A DNA stretch of 64,000 bases from the human T2T-CHM13v2.0 reference genome, Homo sapiens. The notes under the pieces were generated by a model that was given only the letters and a program-made list of their open reading frames with translations, did no database searches and was not told the DNA's origin. Each line of letters begins with the position of its first letter. Position 1 is the first letter of the stretch. Made by a program: the position numbers and the translations under genes. Below, piece by piece: positions 14,095-27,414 of this stretch. The stretch lies in assembly GCF_009914755.1 (NCBI RefSeq), contig NC_060929.1. One strand, 5' to 3'.

Positions 14095-15823
14095 GGAGGC
14101 TGAAGTCTGGGACACTGCCTTTGGGGAGAGAAGCAGAGCTGGTCCAAGCCCTGGCCCCAAGTAAAGCCACTGTCCTGGAGCCACCTTGGAGGTCCCCCTC
14201 CACACTAAATGCCTCTTTGCACAGCACTGGTCCCTGCTCCCACCTCTCTGGACCACTGCAGCTGGATGGGCAGTGGCGAGTTGGGGAGGCACAGCATGAC
14301 TCAATAAGATCTGTCTATTTAAGCGTGTTCTGCTGGGTCTGCAGTGGGCAAATCTAACCTGTCCTCTGCCTTGTGAAGGGACAATTTCATGCATACTAGG
14401 AGAGCACACTCGGAGCAGCCTTCCTCCCACAGAATGTCTGCTTGGACAACACAACAGTTAGGTTTGAGATCTGGGACACGGTTGGACAGCAGTGGTATCA
14501 CAGCCTGGCCCCCATGTACTCTTGGGGGGGCCCAGGCTGCCATCATGGTCTATGACATCACCAATACAGATACATTTGCCAGAGCCAAGGACTGAGTGAA
14601 GGAGCTACCAAGCAGGCCAGCCCCAACATGGTCCTTGCGCTCACGGGTAACAAGGCAGACCTGGCCAGCAAGAGACCCCTGGAATTCCAGGAAGCACAAG
14701 CCTATGCAGACGATGACAGTTGGCTGTTCATGGAGACATCAGCAAAGGGTGCAATGAATGTGAATGAAATTTTCATGGCAATAGCTGAGAAACTTCCCAA
14801 GAACAAGCCCCAGAATGCAGCTGGTGCTCCAGACAGAAACCAAGGTGTGGACCTCCAGGAGAACCACCCGGCCAGCCCCAACCGGTGTTGCAGCAATGGA
14901 GCCCCCCTTGCCTGTCCACTGCCCCCAAGTCTTCCACCTTAGTGACCTGGAATCCACTCTAACCAATTGTACTTAACGACTCGGGCCACCTCTTGGGTAG
15001 GGGGGTAGGAGTAGGAGTCCACCATGATTTCTCCATATAATTTTGGTCATAGGCCATAGTGAGTTATTTCACCTGTACATTTCTGTACAAACACTAATTG
15101 GATTTTAAGTCTTAAGTCACTTTTTAAATGTATATGATCTTCCGCTCTTCCCACTTCCTCCTCTTCCTACTGCTTTCCCACTTTTCTTTTGCTGGTAGTA
15201 GCCACGTGCTCCTGTCTCCTGAACCTTGTATATGGGGACAGTGGGGTCCAAGCAGCTACCTTCTTTCCCTCTTGTGGAATAGCGGACCCAGCAAGAGCAT
15301 CCATATTCTTACCTTGTTTGAAGTGGTCTTGGGTTTGGGCGGTGGGGCAGGCCTTGGGGCTAGGGAAGGAAGAGGCAGCTCTTTCTTCATCTGGCTGTCA
15401 TCAGGCTGCAGCCCTCTCCCTGCCCCCTACTCCCCTCTGGGAAACCACAGCATTATCACAGCATTATTGTGACAGCCACAAACCCGTAGCCTACAACCCC
15501 TCCACCCTCTGTCACCCTGACCTCTTGCTCTGAGCCCAGTTCTGACCAAATCATCATGAGTATTTGGGGGTGGCTGGGTAAAGGGGATAGTGGGAGGAGA
15601 CAGAACCAACTTTTACTTGTATTTTGTATTGTATGTTTTCTTCAAAATGTAACCAATCAGTATCGTCAATATAGTCAAAATGTGGTTGATCATATTTTCA
15701 TAGGATAATTGGCTACTCATGTGGCTTCATGAAAGTTCTTTGCCATACTCAAAAGGGGGTGATATAACCAGGTAAGGAAAGTGATTCCAGACTATTCAAA
15801 AATTTCAGTATAGTCAGATAAAG
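14095..15823 (+). pseudogene. RAB5C: Processed pseudogene (retrocopy) of RAB5C with 5' UTR, disabled CDS (about 14273-14900) and 3' UTR; symbol given is the parent gene
   Basis: Intronless Rab5 sequence: FEIWDT(V)[48 protein letters not shown], and the RAB5C-type tail GVDLQEN..CCSN. Start ATG is GTG (14273), in-frame stops (e.g. TAG 14397), frameshifts, ancestral stop now GGA (14898). TSD aaattaa(c/t)atgata at 14081-14094 and 15824-15837. Confidence 0.95.
15680..15807 (-). repeat. Right arm of the 128-bp inverted repeat, inserted in the retrocopy 3' end
   Basis: Reverse complement of 13942-14069; bracketed by tatagtca at 15670-15677 and 15809-15816. Confidence 0.93.
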
Positions 15824-16059
15824 AAATTAATATGATAATGAGATAATAGTTTATACTCACTACATAGCAAAAAATAAAAATTAGCACTATAACAAGTGAT
15901 GATAAAGAAAGGGAGTAATGAAACACATAAGCTGTCAGTGGGAATATAAGCAGGTGCAACCACAGGCAATGCTCACAACACTTAACCACGGTGTCAGGCA
16001 TTAATGCTTTAGTTACTGAATTGTGGGAAAGTCTCTGTTGGCTAAGAGGCTGGCTAGGT

Positions 16060-16166
16060 ACAATGACAAACTTGTCCTATTTTAACTTCTCTGGCTTAAA
16101 ACTGAAATGTCCTGTCCTAGAAACCCTCTCAGTCCCAGGAAAGCTGGGATAGTTTAGGTTACCCTG
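16060..16166 (-). mobile_element. MER81-like hAT-Blackjack MITE
   Basis: aaccctctcagtcccagg...gggatagtt..ggttaccctg resembles the MER81 end. Confidence 0.6.
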
Positions 16167-16269
16167 TGGACATAGCAGTTGCAAGGGGATCCTCCAGGGA
16201 CTTAGGGCAGCAGCTGTTTATCAAGTGTGGAACTATTTCAATATTTTACAAACAGGTCAAGTCATGCTG

Positions 16270-16885
16270 GTGTGTAGCAGCTGGATACATGCACTTTGGA
16301 AGACATTTTGGCATTTGGCGTTCTGTGAACTTCAATATACATATGCTCTGTGACTCCCAAGTTCCTCTCAGTGGCATATAGATTAGAACAACTCTTGAGC
16401 ATGTGTGTTAGGAAATGTGTACAAGAATGTCATGGCGGCATTGTATGTAATAACAAAAAAAGTTGGAAACAGACATCCTGCAACAAGACATTAGATGACT
16501 GTATTGTGCTTTTCATACAATGGAATACTGTGAAGCAGTAGCATTGAAGGGACCAGCATGAACTCATCTCACAAATGATATTGAACCAAATAAACAAGTT
16601 GAAAAATACAGAGGGTAAAGTTAGAATCAGGCAAAAGTAAGTAATATTTTAAGGAGATACAAACATATAAAATTATGAAGAATAGCAAGTAGATAATAAA
16701 TACAAAAATTTGTGGTGGTGATTCCCTTTGGGATAAAGGAAGGGGCTCACAAAAGCCTTCAAAGTTCTTGCAATGTTCCATTTTTAAGCTAACTAGTGAT
16801 ATGTGGTTGTTCTTTTTATTCTTTTCACCTAATGCATGCTTTATAAATTGTTTAATATGTTTACAATATTTAATAAAAAATTTTA
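16270..16885 (+). mobile_element. Ancient L1M 3' fragment
   Basis: tgtacaagaatgt..., catacaatggaatact, ctcacaaatgatattgaa motifs of old L1 3' ends. Confidence 0.65.
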
Positions 16886-17177
16886 AATCTCAAAAGTTAA
16901 ATTTTTGGGGGACACTGTCAATGTTTGTATCTTTCATATCCTTCAAAAGGAAATGGAAAACTAATCATTTAACGAATATTTATTGATTCATTACTGTGCA
17001 CGAGGTACAGAAAGATTGAAAAAGAAATGAAAAACAAAATTCCTCCCTTGAAAGGCATAAATTCTAGTGAGGGAGAATAACAATAAGTCTCTATATAAAT
17101 AAATATGTAAGTAAATGGGTACAATATATCTGTGGTAAAATTCAGTTTGAGGTTATCGTTAGAAAATAATAAAAACC

Positions 17178-17511
17178 AGCCCTGGCACTGTGGCTTATGC
17201 CTGTAATCACAGCACTTTGGGAGACTGAAGTGGGCAGATAACTTGAGGTCAGGAGTTTGAGACCAGCCTGGCCAACATGGCAAAATCCCATCTCTACCAA
17301 AAATACAAAAATTAGCTGGGTGTGGTGGCACACACCTGTAGTCCCAGCTACTCGGGAGGCTAAGGTAGGAGAATCACTTGAACCTGCAAGGTGGAAGTTG
17401 CAGTGACCTGTGATCATACCACTGCAACTCCAGCCTTGTGACAGAGCAAGACTCTGTCTCAAACAAACAAACAAAAAACCAAAACCAAAACCAAAACCAA
17501 AACCAAAACAA
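17178..17511 (+). mobile_element. Alu (J/S) with (AAAACC)n tail, inside an antisense L2 relic (about 16965-17690)
   Basis: Dimeric Alu, TSD aaaataataaaaacca at 17163-17178 and 17512-17527. Confidence 0.93.
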
Positions 17512-17957
17512 AAAATAATAAAAACCACAGGGAATATAAGGTGATGATGGGGTGTTAAAAGTGGCTATTTTAGACGGAGGTCAGGAAAAGCCTCCAGGAG
17601 CATGAACAGAGGATTAGATGAAGAGTGGAACCAGCCATGTAAATATTTGGGAAAAGAGCATTCTGGCGAGTGAAGAGCCTGCCAGCTCATCTCCCAAAGC
17701 TCTCTCCAAAACCATCTCTTTCATTTAGTCTCAGGGAAGCCATCCTCTTTCTCCCAGTTAGGGCCACTTCCCATCCATCAACTCCACACCTCTCTCCAGA
17801 CTTTATTGCTTTTGTAAGCAGAGGCTTTTCCAAATCAAGGCCTGTTAACTTTGGCAAGACAGCCTTCAGGCCTCCACGATTTTCAGGTTAGTTTGCTCTC
17901 TTGTTGGAGGAAGAGGGCAACATTGTTCATTCTTTTGCGTCTTTAAAGAAGCAAAAT

Positions 17958-18315
<358 letters not shown>

Positions 18316-18898
18316 TCAATAGATTACCTTGCCACATTAGGCAGGATAACAGTTTTTGAAGTCTGTTTGATGACTATAGTGCCTACTAAGTCTGCAGAAC
18401 CAATCTTCATAAAGGCCTAGAGAAGATTTTCTATGGTCAGTTTATGTAGTTATTTTCGGGTTAGAATGTTTTGTGTGGTCAACTTATGCAACTAATATCT
18501 TCATATCTTCGTTCAGACTTTTTTTTTAACTCTAGACTTGCATATCTAACTGCCCATTTTTAAAAATCTCAGCTTGGATATATTATAGATGTTTCAAATT
18601 TAACATGTCTGAAAAACAAATCTTCAATTTTTTCTTTAAATATTTCCCTTATCTCAGTAAATAGCAGAATCATGTTTTAATTTGCTTAGGCCTTAAATCT
18701 CTTAATCATTCTTGACCCTTGTTTTCTCTCATAGGCTATATCTAATGTAGCTGAAATTCCTGTTGGTTCCAGAACCTGACCACTTCTTACTCACTTCACT
18801 GCTATCACCCAGGCTGTGTCCACCCACATTCTTTGCCTGGATTATGGCAATGGACTTCCGACTTGTCTCTCTACAGTCCACCTAAGTTCCTTATAGTT

Positions 18899-20401
18899 CA
18901 GGCTCTCATAATGTGTCCCATAGATCCCTGAGGGTCCCCAAGACCCTTTCTTGGGGTACATGAGGTCAAATCTAATTTCTTAATTATATGAGGATCTACT
19001 GCTATTTTTCACTCTTACTGACATTTGTGTTGTTGGTGCAAAGGCAGTGGTGAGTAAATTGCTAGTGCATTATCACAAATCGAGCCAGTGGCACCAAAGT
19101 CTACTAGCAGTCAAACTGTACTTCACTAACAATCCACCAAAAAAAACGCAATTTCACTTAAGGATGTCCTTGATAAAGTAGCAAAAACTAAGATTTGTTC
19201 TCTCTTGAGAATACAACTTTTTAATATTCTATATGATGATGTGGGAAGTATGCAGAAAGCATTTCTGTTGCACACTGACATATGGTGCCTGTCTGGAAGG
19301 AACACATTGTGCAGTTGCTTTAGACAAAAACTAAACTATCTACTTTTTTTCATGAAACATCTATTTACTTGAATGAAAAACAGACAGAAAACAATAGTTA
19401 TTCAGATTTGAACATTTGGCAGACATTTTCTTAAAAATAAATAAAATAAGCCTAACAGTTCATGGAAAGCAATTTACAGTATCTGTTGCTGATGATAAAG
19501 TTTTTAAGTGAAAATTCAAATTTTGGAAAACTTGTATGTGCTTGAGAAATTTTCAATACCTAAGAACTTTTCATTTGATATTAGAAGTGCTATTAATGAA
19601 TATGATTTTTGATATTATGTAATGAAATGTTTGCAAGTTTGGAGAATCTGCATAACTCAATGAATCAATAATTTTTTCAAATGACCAATGCATGATGTTA
19701 AGAGATCATGTATGGATAAAATATCCATTCAAAGTGCAGAATAGCTGGATAGTCCCAGCTACTTGGGAGGCTTGAGCCCAGGAGTTTGAGACCAGCCTGG
19801 GCAACACGGCGAGAACCCATCTCAAAACAAACAAACAAACAGTACAGAATAGACCAATGGATCTTTCTGAAACAGAGTAGACGAGGTTTATTAACATGGT
19901 TTGAAAATCACCTTTAAGAAACTAGTACTTGTTAAGTTTTGGTATAATATCAAAGAAGAATATACAAAATTATCTGAAAAATTAATTGAAACACTCATTC
20001 CTTTTTCGATTACATTGTTGTGTAAGGTTGGATTTTCTTAATATACTTTAACCAAAACATCATATAGCCATAAATTTAATGCAGAAGATTTGAAACTCCA
20101 ACTGTCTTTTATGAGGCCAGATATTCATGAAATTTGCAAAGGTGTAAAGCAGTGCTACTCTTCTATCAAGTATTTTTTTGGCTTGAAAATATGCTTATTT
20201 AAAAAATATGTTATTTATCTTATTTTGTAATGGGTCATTATTACTTTAAAATGAATTAACAGACATTTAAAAACATTCTTACTAAATAGACTGAGATACA
20301 GTAAATATTTATACATATAACCCTGTTAAAGAAAATCTCTTTGGAGTCCTCAGTAAGTTTTAGGTGTAAAGTGCCTGTGAGATTAAAAAGTTGAGCTGCT
20401 G
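18899..20401. mobile_element. Charlie1a-like hAT DNA transposon, near full length
   Basis: Left end ...gggtccccaagaccctttc...gaggtcaaa, internal ggtgcaaaggcagtggtgagtaaa, right end ctctttggagtcctca...aaaaagttgag. Confidence 0.8.
19750..19840 (+). mobile_element. Truncated FLAM/Alu monomer inside Charlie1a
   Basis: agtcccagctacttgggagg...gagaccagcctgggcaac with (AAAC)n tail; flanked by agt(g/a)cagaatag. Confidence 0.85.
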
Positions 20402-21931
20402 CTTTTATCTCTTTCCTGAGTGACAGGCAGAGTCAACCATGCCACTCCTACCCCAACACAACCCAATGGTTCCTCCTTCACTCATGGTAAAAGCCAGAGC
20501 TCTCACAGTGGCCCATGAGGTCTCTCATTGAGCTTGTCTTCTCTAACCTTACCCTTTGTTCATGTTGCTCTAGATACCCTGACTTTGCTGTGTTCAGGAA
20601 CATGCCAAGCTTATTTGGCCTAAGAGTTTCTCTGCTTTTTCCTTTTGCCCTGAGCCCTCTTCCCCCAGATTTTTGTTTATCTTTTCATTTCATTTCTTGG
20701 CTATGCAAATGTTACCTCAAGGGAGTCACCCCTCTTGCTTTTCCAAAACTGTTATTTACCCCACTTGCTTAAATTTTTGTGATGGCACTTCTCATTACCT
20801 GATAATGTAATTTGCATTTATATTTTTACTTGCTTACTACCTGTCCTTTCTAGTAGAACTGCCACTGTATTAGGTAACAGGTTTTGTTATGTTCATTGAT
20901 TCAACTATAGGATCTAGAATGCACCAGACACATAGTATATATTTGTTGTATAAGTGATTTAATGGTCTGTCTTAACATCTTAGAGGTAACTGTGGCAGCT
21001 TCATTCACCCTCACTTTGCAGCCCAAAGTTGGAGAACTTTTCTGAAGGACTTCTATATGTCCATTTTGAAACAAGTCAGAGAAAGAGTCCTTTGTGCTAG
21101 GCTGACCAGATAGTTCCAGGCCAGGATTTTCATGGGATTTCCACTTTACAACAGAGGTCTTGAAATACCATAGTCCTGGACTACTTATGGTCTACTTTGA
21201 TGGCAAGTTCCAACTAATAACACACCATTTAATACTATATTGTGGAGTTTACTTGGCCGATGTAACAAGTCATAGAGCGTATATCAGTTCCTACAGTCTG
21301 TTGCTTTTCCTAAGCTCTCTTACTGGTTGGATACCTTCCTTATGTTGTAAAATCCTTTCCCTAGTCATACTTTTTTGGCGGGCTAGATACTATGAGTTTT
21401 TGCAATCACCAGAGAACACTGCAAAAATTCAACATCACTAAAATTTTGTCTGTATATAGGTCAGACCTTGCCTCTGCATGCAGGAAGCTTCTTGTACCAT
21501 AAAGCAAAGAGCTTGTAACGATCCATTTTTCTCTCCTTATAATACTAGGGCCATCAGCTCTTCCCACTCTTTCCCTTATTCCAAAAATTTGTGTAAGAAA
21601 GATTATGAGAGAATTTGTAAGTATAGCATACATTTGTTTGAAATATATCAGAAGGAGATAAGTTTTCATAAAAGAAAACCTCAGAAATAATATGACTTTT
21701 TAAAAACCAATTGTATTTGCAAAGACTTAGGCTTATAAGCAAAAAATTAATTGCACACTTTAACAGAGGTATTTATTGTGGAATTCTCTATGTGTTATTT
21801 TTTGATTTCATAGTAATTATACCATTTACCATCAAGATAACATTATTAAGATCTTAGAGTGAGCTATTTTAAAGGTTCATTTAAATATATTATTTCTTCA
21901 AATCCTCAAATCACTCTATTATAAATACTCA

Positions 21932-22327
<396 letters not shown>

Positions 22328-23499
22328 TCAATCTCAGTTCTTCTGATTTCTAGTCCAGTTCTCTTTCTATTTTTTCTCTTTCTATTTTACCATTATACTA
22401 TTTTGAGGTAACATTGAGTGAGTAAGGGTTCTTTATCATCTTGGTTAGTTAAGTGCATATTGATTTAACATTCATGTAATAATTGAATAATCACCTTTAG
22501 CAAATACCAGAGAATATAAATGCAGCCCAAAAATTATAAAGTACCATTGAAAGAAAACAATTTCTTCTGAAAATCCAATTTCAACAGGAGGCCAAGAGGA
22601 AATTTATATTATCAAATAAATAAGGGACTGAAAGAAAGCAGAATTTGTATGAGCTTGTACTATGAGATACCATCATAAAAAACTGATGGCATCTTTCAGA
22701 ATTGGTTAAAAGCCACAAACTTAAGAAGGAGAGGGAATTGGAAGTCTCTTCAAATATCTACTGTGTCTAGTCATGAGGCTATTTCCTGGACACTAGGAAT
22801 GACAATTATTTTATCCAAGCAAAGTAAACACTCTTCCCTGTTGCCAAATATCAGTAAGAAACATAGCTGGCAAAGAGTGAGGTGAAGGTTAAAAAAGCAA
22901 GAGAGAATATATTTATACTGATTTTTTAAGTGCTGAGTGTAATAGTTATTAATGTTAGTAAAAATGGATTAATTAGACAAGCATTCGACATTGAAAACAG
23001 CAGGCTTCTCTGTGATTTCTCAAAGTAATTTTTAATTGAAAATATGGGAACCCAAGAAAGTGATTTGATTAAAATTCTTTACTTTCAACATTGGTAATTA
23101 CAACAATAATTTCTTATTGCAGCACTTTTGAATATTAGTTAACTATTTAATTTTATGGTGCATGTCACTGATATACCTAACTGCTAGAAGATGATATGGT
23201 AATACACTTGTCATTAGTGCTTACTGATGTGTGAATTAAACATTGGTATAAAAGATGCTTCTCACAGTCATGTAAATGTTAATTAAATTGGTAAGTATAA
23301 AAACACTTCTTCTGAGCAACTTTTAATTTAAGCAGTTAGAATAAATATGTTACACATCAGGATGTTCTGATTCATATATTTTGGGATTGAGGAAAAATGA
23401 CTTTGGCAGGTTCCCTCTTAGAGTCATCAAATAGCTGTCTGTTCTTCTAATTAAGTATTTTGACATAAACTTTGAATGTAATAAGATAATATTAAAGAA

Positions 23500-23830
23500 T
23501 TGTTTACGGAAAGATAACTAATAAGTCAACATGATGAGGCATACTAGGAGAGCACAATCGGAGCAGCCTTCCTCACAGAAATTAGGTAATGAGGCAGCTG
23601 CAAAAAATGCTGGTATAATTTTTAACTGATTTAAAAATACATCACAGAGAGGTGAGAGTGCTGCTGTACTTCATATTGGTAGGGGCAAATGTAGCATATT
23701 GTCTTCATCAGCGAGGGATGTGGCCTTGTGAGAGGGGAGAATAACCAGCAATGGGAGAAGCTTTACAACCATGACAGTGCAGCCAGATCTGAAAGTCATG
23801 GGGATGTTTCTTCTAGAGAGATAAAGACAT
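23500..23830 (+). mobile_element. L3/CR1 relic hosting a 47-bp templated insertion
   Basis: With the insert removed the sequence reads agtcaacatgatgaggcagctgcaaaaaatgc, similar to the L3 3' motif as I recall it. Confidence 0.45.
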
Positions 23831-24599
23831 AGATAGATTAATGTTTTTTTTGAGAAAAGTATTTATTAGCCAGTGTCCTTGGTGTGTCTTGAAATTAGGA
23901 CACAATTGTTGTAGCTACAGACCAATTACCAGAAAGAATAGGCAGTGAAATTCATACACTGTTCTCTTACTTGTTTGTACTGTCTTCCAAAAGATTAGCA
24001 TTAGTTCTTGATTATAGAATTTTCCAAATGAAAATGTTTGCATTTTGATCTTTCAGAATGAAATTTAAAAACTGTGTTTAAAAAGACTTTAGATAAATTT
24101 AAGGAATAGTTGTTAAGCAAAATTAGAGGAAACATGAAGAAGCTGGGACTTTCTGTGTTAAAAAAAATGTTTCTCATCTTTAGCCTCTCCCAACAAAAGA
24201 TTTTCAAAATCAGTGATGACACCAGAAAAATGAACAATGATCAGATCCAGCATGCTATCAATAAGGCATAGTCTCAGATTAAAACCTCAAGGGTTTGCCT
24301 GTAAGACGTTTGTTGTGACCTAAGAAAAGTTTAAGGGTGTGCTTAGGGCTTCCAAAAATATTAATGCATGCCCTTTCTGATAGAAAATAGGTCCCCTAAA
24401 GATCTTAAGAGTGTGACTCTTAGATATTTTAAACTAGAAAAAAGGCTTCTAAGTACCCTAAAGTCCATGGACTTTGATGCTTGGGCCAAGTATTTTTAGA
24501 AAGAAATTGGGGTGTGAATTTTGTTGAGTGGAGTGGATTATAATTTGACACACAGGAGGCCCACAAAGCTTCTAAAGGAGTTACACAAAGTTTGACTTA

Positions 24600-25688
24600 A
24601 AGGGATGAGATGATACAAAATGAAAAGGAAATTCTTTGTATTTCTAACTCGCAGGAGACAAGTTAAAAAAAAACCCTGCTTATTTGCAAAGATGACTATT
24701 CTCATGAAGAAAGAGGGATGACTCAGAGGGCAGAATCAAGATCCCAGGAGGAGCAGTCAAAAGCTACAGAGAATCACTCCCAGGAAATAGGACTGTGCCA
24801 TAATTAGGGAACCAGTGACACATGCCCAAATAGATTTCAGAACGTCTGTGGACCTGCTATGTACCTACCATTTTGTCTCTTTGTGAAAGAGAGAATCTAT
24901 TTCAGTCATCCTATGCCTTTTCACTATTGTGTGATATGTGTATGTGGCAGATAATTTGTCTCTTAAGTTAACAAGTCTTCAGATTTACAGAAACTGTACT
25001 TGCAAGATTTGAACCTGAAGAAACATGGCACATCTGCACTTGGACCCAGTTTAAATAACAAGATCTTGAACCTCAAACCTGAGCCTGATGCCATAGTGGG
25101 ATGAGAATATTGAGAATCTTGAAAGAGTGAGTGGTACAGGCACAAATTTTGGTGGCCAAAAGGCAAACTGATAGTAAAAGAATGTCCCTATGAATTCTGT
25201 TCCTTTTTATATAGACATGCTTCTACTTATGTCAAGAAGAGGATTTTTAATTTCCCTCTTCTTGAATCTGGGCTGACCTCAGTGACTTTCTTGACCAATA
25301 AAATGTGGTGAAAATTATGTTATGGGATGTCTGAGGATAGGTGATAAGAAGCTACACAGATCCTGTCTTGTTTGTTGCAATGCTTACTTATGAGACATTT
25401 CCATTCAGAAAGTTGCTGTTGCTGTGAGAAGCTCCAGCCACAAAGAGAGGCCACTTGTAGGTATTCCAGTTGAATGCTGCAACTGGGCTTCCCACCAGGA
25501 GCCAGCATTAATTGCTATCTTGGATGAGTGGCTCAGTTAAGCCTCAGCCATTGTCTTCCGTTGTATGAGACACTTCAAATAAGAGCTACTCAGCAGAGCC
25601 CAGTCAATCCACAGAGCCATGAGAGACTATACATTGCTTTAAGCTACTAGAATTTGCAACGTTTTGTAATGCATAGATAACCAAAACA
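24600..25688 (+). mobile_element. MaLR: MLT1 internal 3' end (about 24600-25168) plus MLT1H-like LTR (about 25170-25688)
   Basis: cttgaatctgggctg...gtgactttcttgaccaata, gagcccagtcaatccacaga, terminal tagataaccaaaaca. Confidence 0.75.
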
Positions 25689-26289
25689 ATAACCATTTAT
25701 TCCCACTTTGCACACTTCTTTCTCTCCACATGGAATACCTTGCTTTGATACTTTTCTAGCATTCCACTAGCAAATCTTTCATCTGGCCTCTATTTCAAAA
25801 TTCCAAATAGAATTCACCCTCTCTTGAGTAACTTTCCTTGTTTTCGACTCTTCCCTCAACACGTGGGATTTAATTTGTCTCATGATAATTTTTACTTAGT
25901 GACACTGTGTTTCAAAAGTTTTTGATTCATTCTCTAGGGTATATGCTCTGCTTTTTTTCATATAGTTGTAACATTTTTAACACAGATTAAATTTCTTATA
26001 CTCCCTCCACCCCCAACCACAGCTCCAAGTTCATACTCATCACTTCAAAATTTTAACCAACTAAACCTCTTCTAGAGTGCTTCTTGGACTTGAAGGATAA
26101 GTTTTACACTCTTTGATGGTCTAGCCACCATACTGAACTTGTTTAACATGAACTATTGATCACCACATGAAACTTTCTGTTCTATACCACATTAATGGTT
26201 TGAAAGTCTGTGGGCTGTTTAGTTATCTTGAGTTGCTATTGACCCGTTTTCTTATTTTTCCCTGTTGCTGCCTTGACTTGGCCTATTAC

Positions 26290-26826
26290 ACCTCAGCCCT
26301 GTGGCCCTGGTAGTTTTTTCCAGTGTGCCCAAATTATTTCTGGCTTTAAGCCTTTGCCTTTGGGTTCCTTCAACCCCAAATTCTTTGCCCAGGCTCTCTC
26401 ATATCCTCCTGCTCTCAACTGAAATGTCACATCCTTCAAGCCCTTTTCTGGCCATCTACTCCACAGTAGCTCCAAATTCCATGCTTGTCTCTCCTATTAT
26501 TTGACTTTATTTTTTCATGACATTCATAGTTACATGGAATGATCTACGTAATTATGTTTTTTTTGTTGTTGTTGACTATAGATAGGCCTGTTTGGGGTAC
26601 ATAGCATGAGTGAGAAATTTTGGTGTTTGGCCACTGGGATTTTGTGGTTGTTTACTCCCTGGCTCCCCTTACTCTTGTTTGTCCTCTCACTAGTATGTGA
26701 AGTTCAAGAAAAAAAAAAAAACAACTTTTGTTATTTCAGGTATTGTCACATTCTCAAAAGAATGGCAGAGTGCCATACTATTAGGCATATTGTAGGTATT
26801 CAGCAAATATTCATTAGATGAATGAT
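26290..26826 (+). mobile_element. L2 3' end
   Basis: ctcaactgaaatgtcacatccttca ... gtaggtattcagcaaatattcattagatgaatga. Confidence 0.65.
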
Positions 26827-27414
26827 CAAACTCCCATATTCCTCTTGCCACCAGCATAGGGTGGGCCTTAGGAAACCAGCTGAAGGTAGGAGCAGTTGAT
26901 TCTGCACTCTGGGAACTACAATGACATCTTCTCAATGGTTTGGGCCAGGGGCACCAGTAACAGTGGGTTTTAATAAGTTTGAAAGAACCTCAACCCATTC
27001 TGTTAAGGTTAAATAAGAAATATTAGATTCTTAAATTTCTTATTAATATTTTTGTTCTGAAAAATCTGTCTTTATGCTTCAACAAGCCAGAACTGGGATG
27101 ACTGTGCCAAAACAACAATTTTTATTTTAAATTATTTTTATGACTCTGCCAATTGGTAAAAGGTTTCAATTTTAAAGATCAGTGCTTTTATTAAACTATG
27201 GGCAGAATATTTGCCTTCTTCTCACTTAAATATACACAGTCACTTAAATAATGGAATCAGTTGGTCATCTCATCTAGAGTCATATAGGTAATTTTCTCTC
27301 TCACTGTGTAAGATGACAGATTCCAGAGCTAATATATGGTTTTCAAGATTCTACAAAGAGAGTTGCCTGGAATAAACGTGTACATTTTTTTTTCTTTGAA
27401 AACCTGCAAGTTTA

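Larger units (their letters stand above)
18520..20960 (+). mobile_element. L2 3' region split by the Charlie1a insertion
   Basis: L2-like catatctaactgcc...aaatttaacatgtc upstream of the Charlie element and L2 3'-end-like sequence downstream. Confidence 0.6.

Noticed and set aside
13942-15807. Reading the 128-bp inverted repeats as TIRs of a Pack-type DNA transposon that captured RAB5C
   Set aside because: No TSD outside the arms; the retrocopy's own TSD pair straddles the right arm, showing L1-type insertion plus copying of the flank.
14095-15823. Assigning a specific locus name (RAB5CP1 or RAB5CP2) and host gene
   Set aside because: Cannot be determined from this sequence without a genome search.
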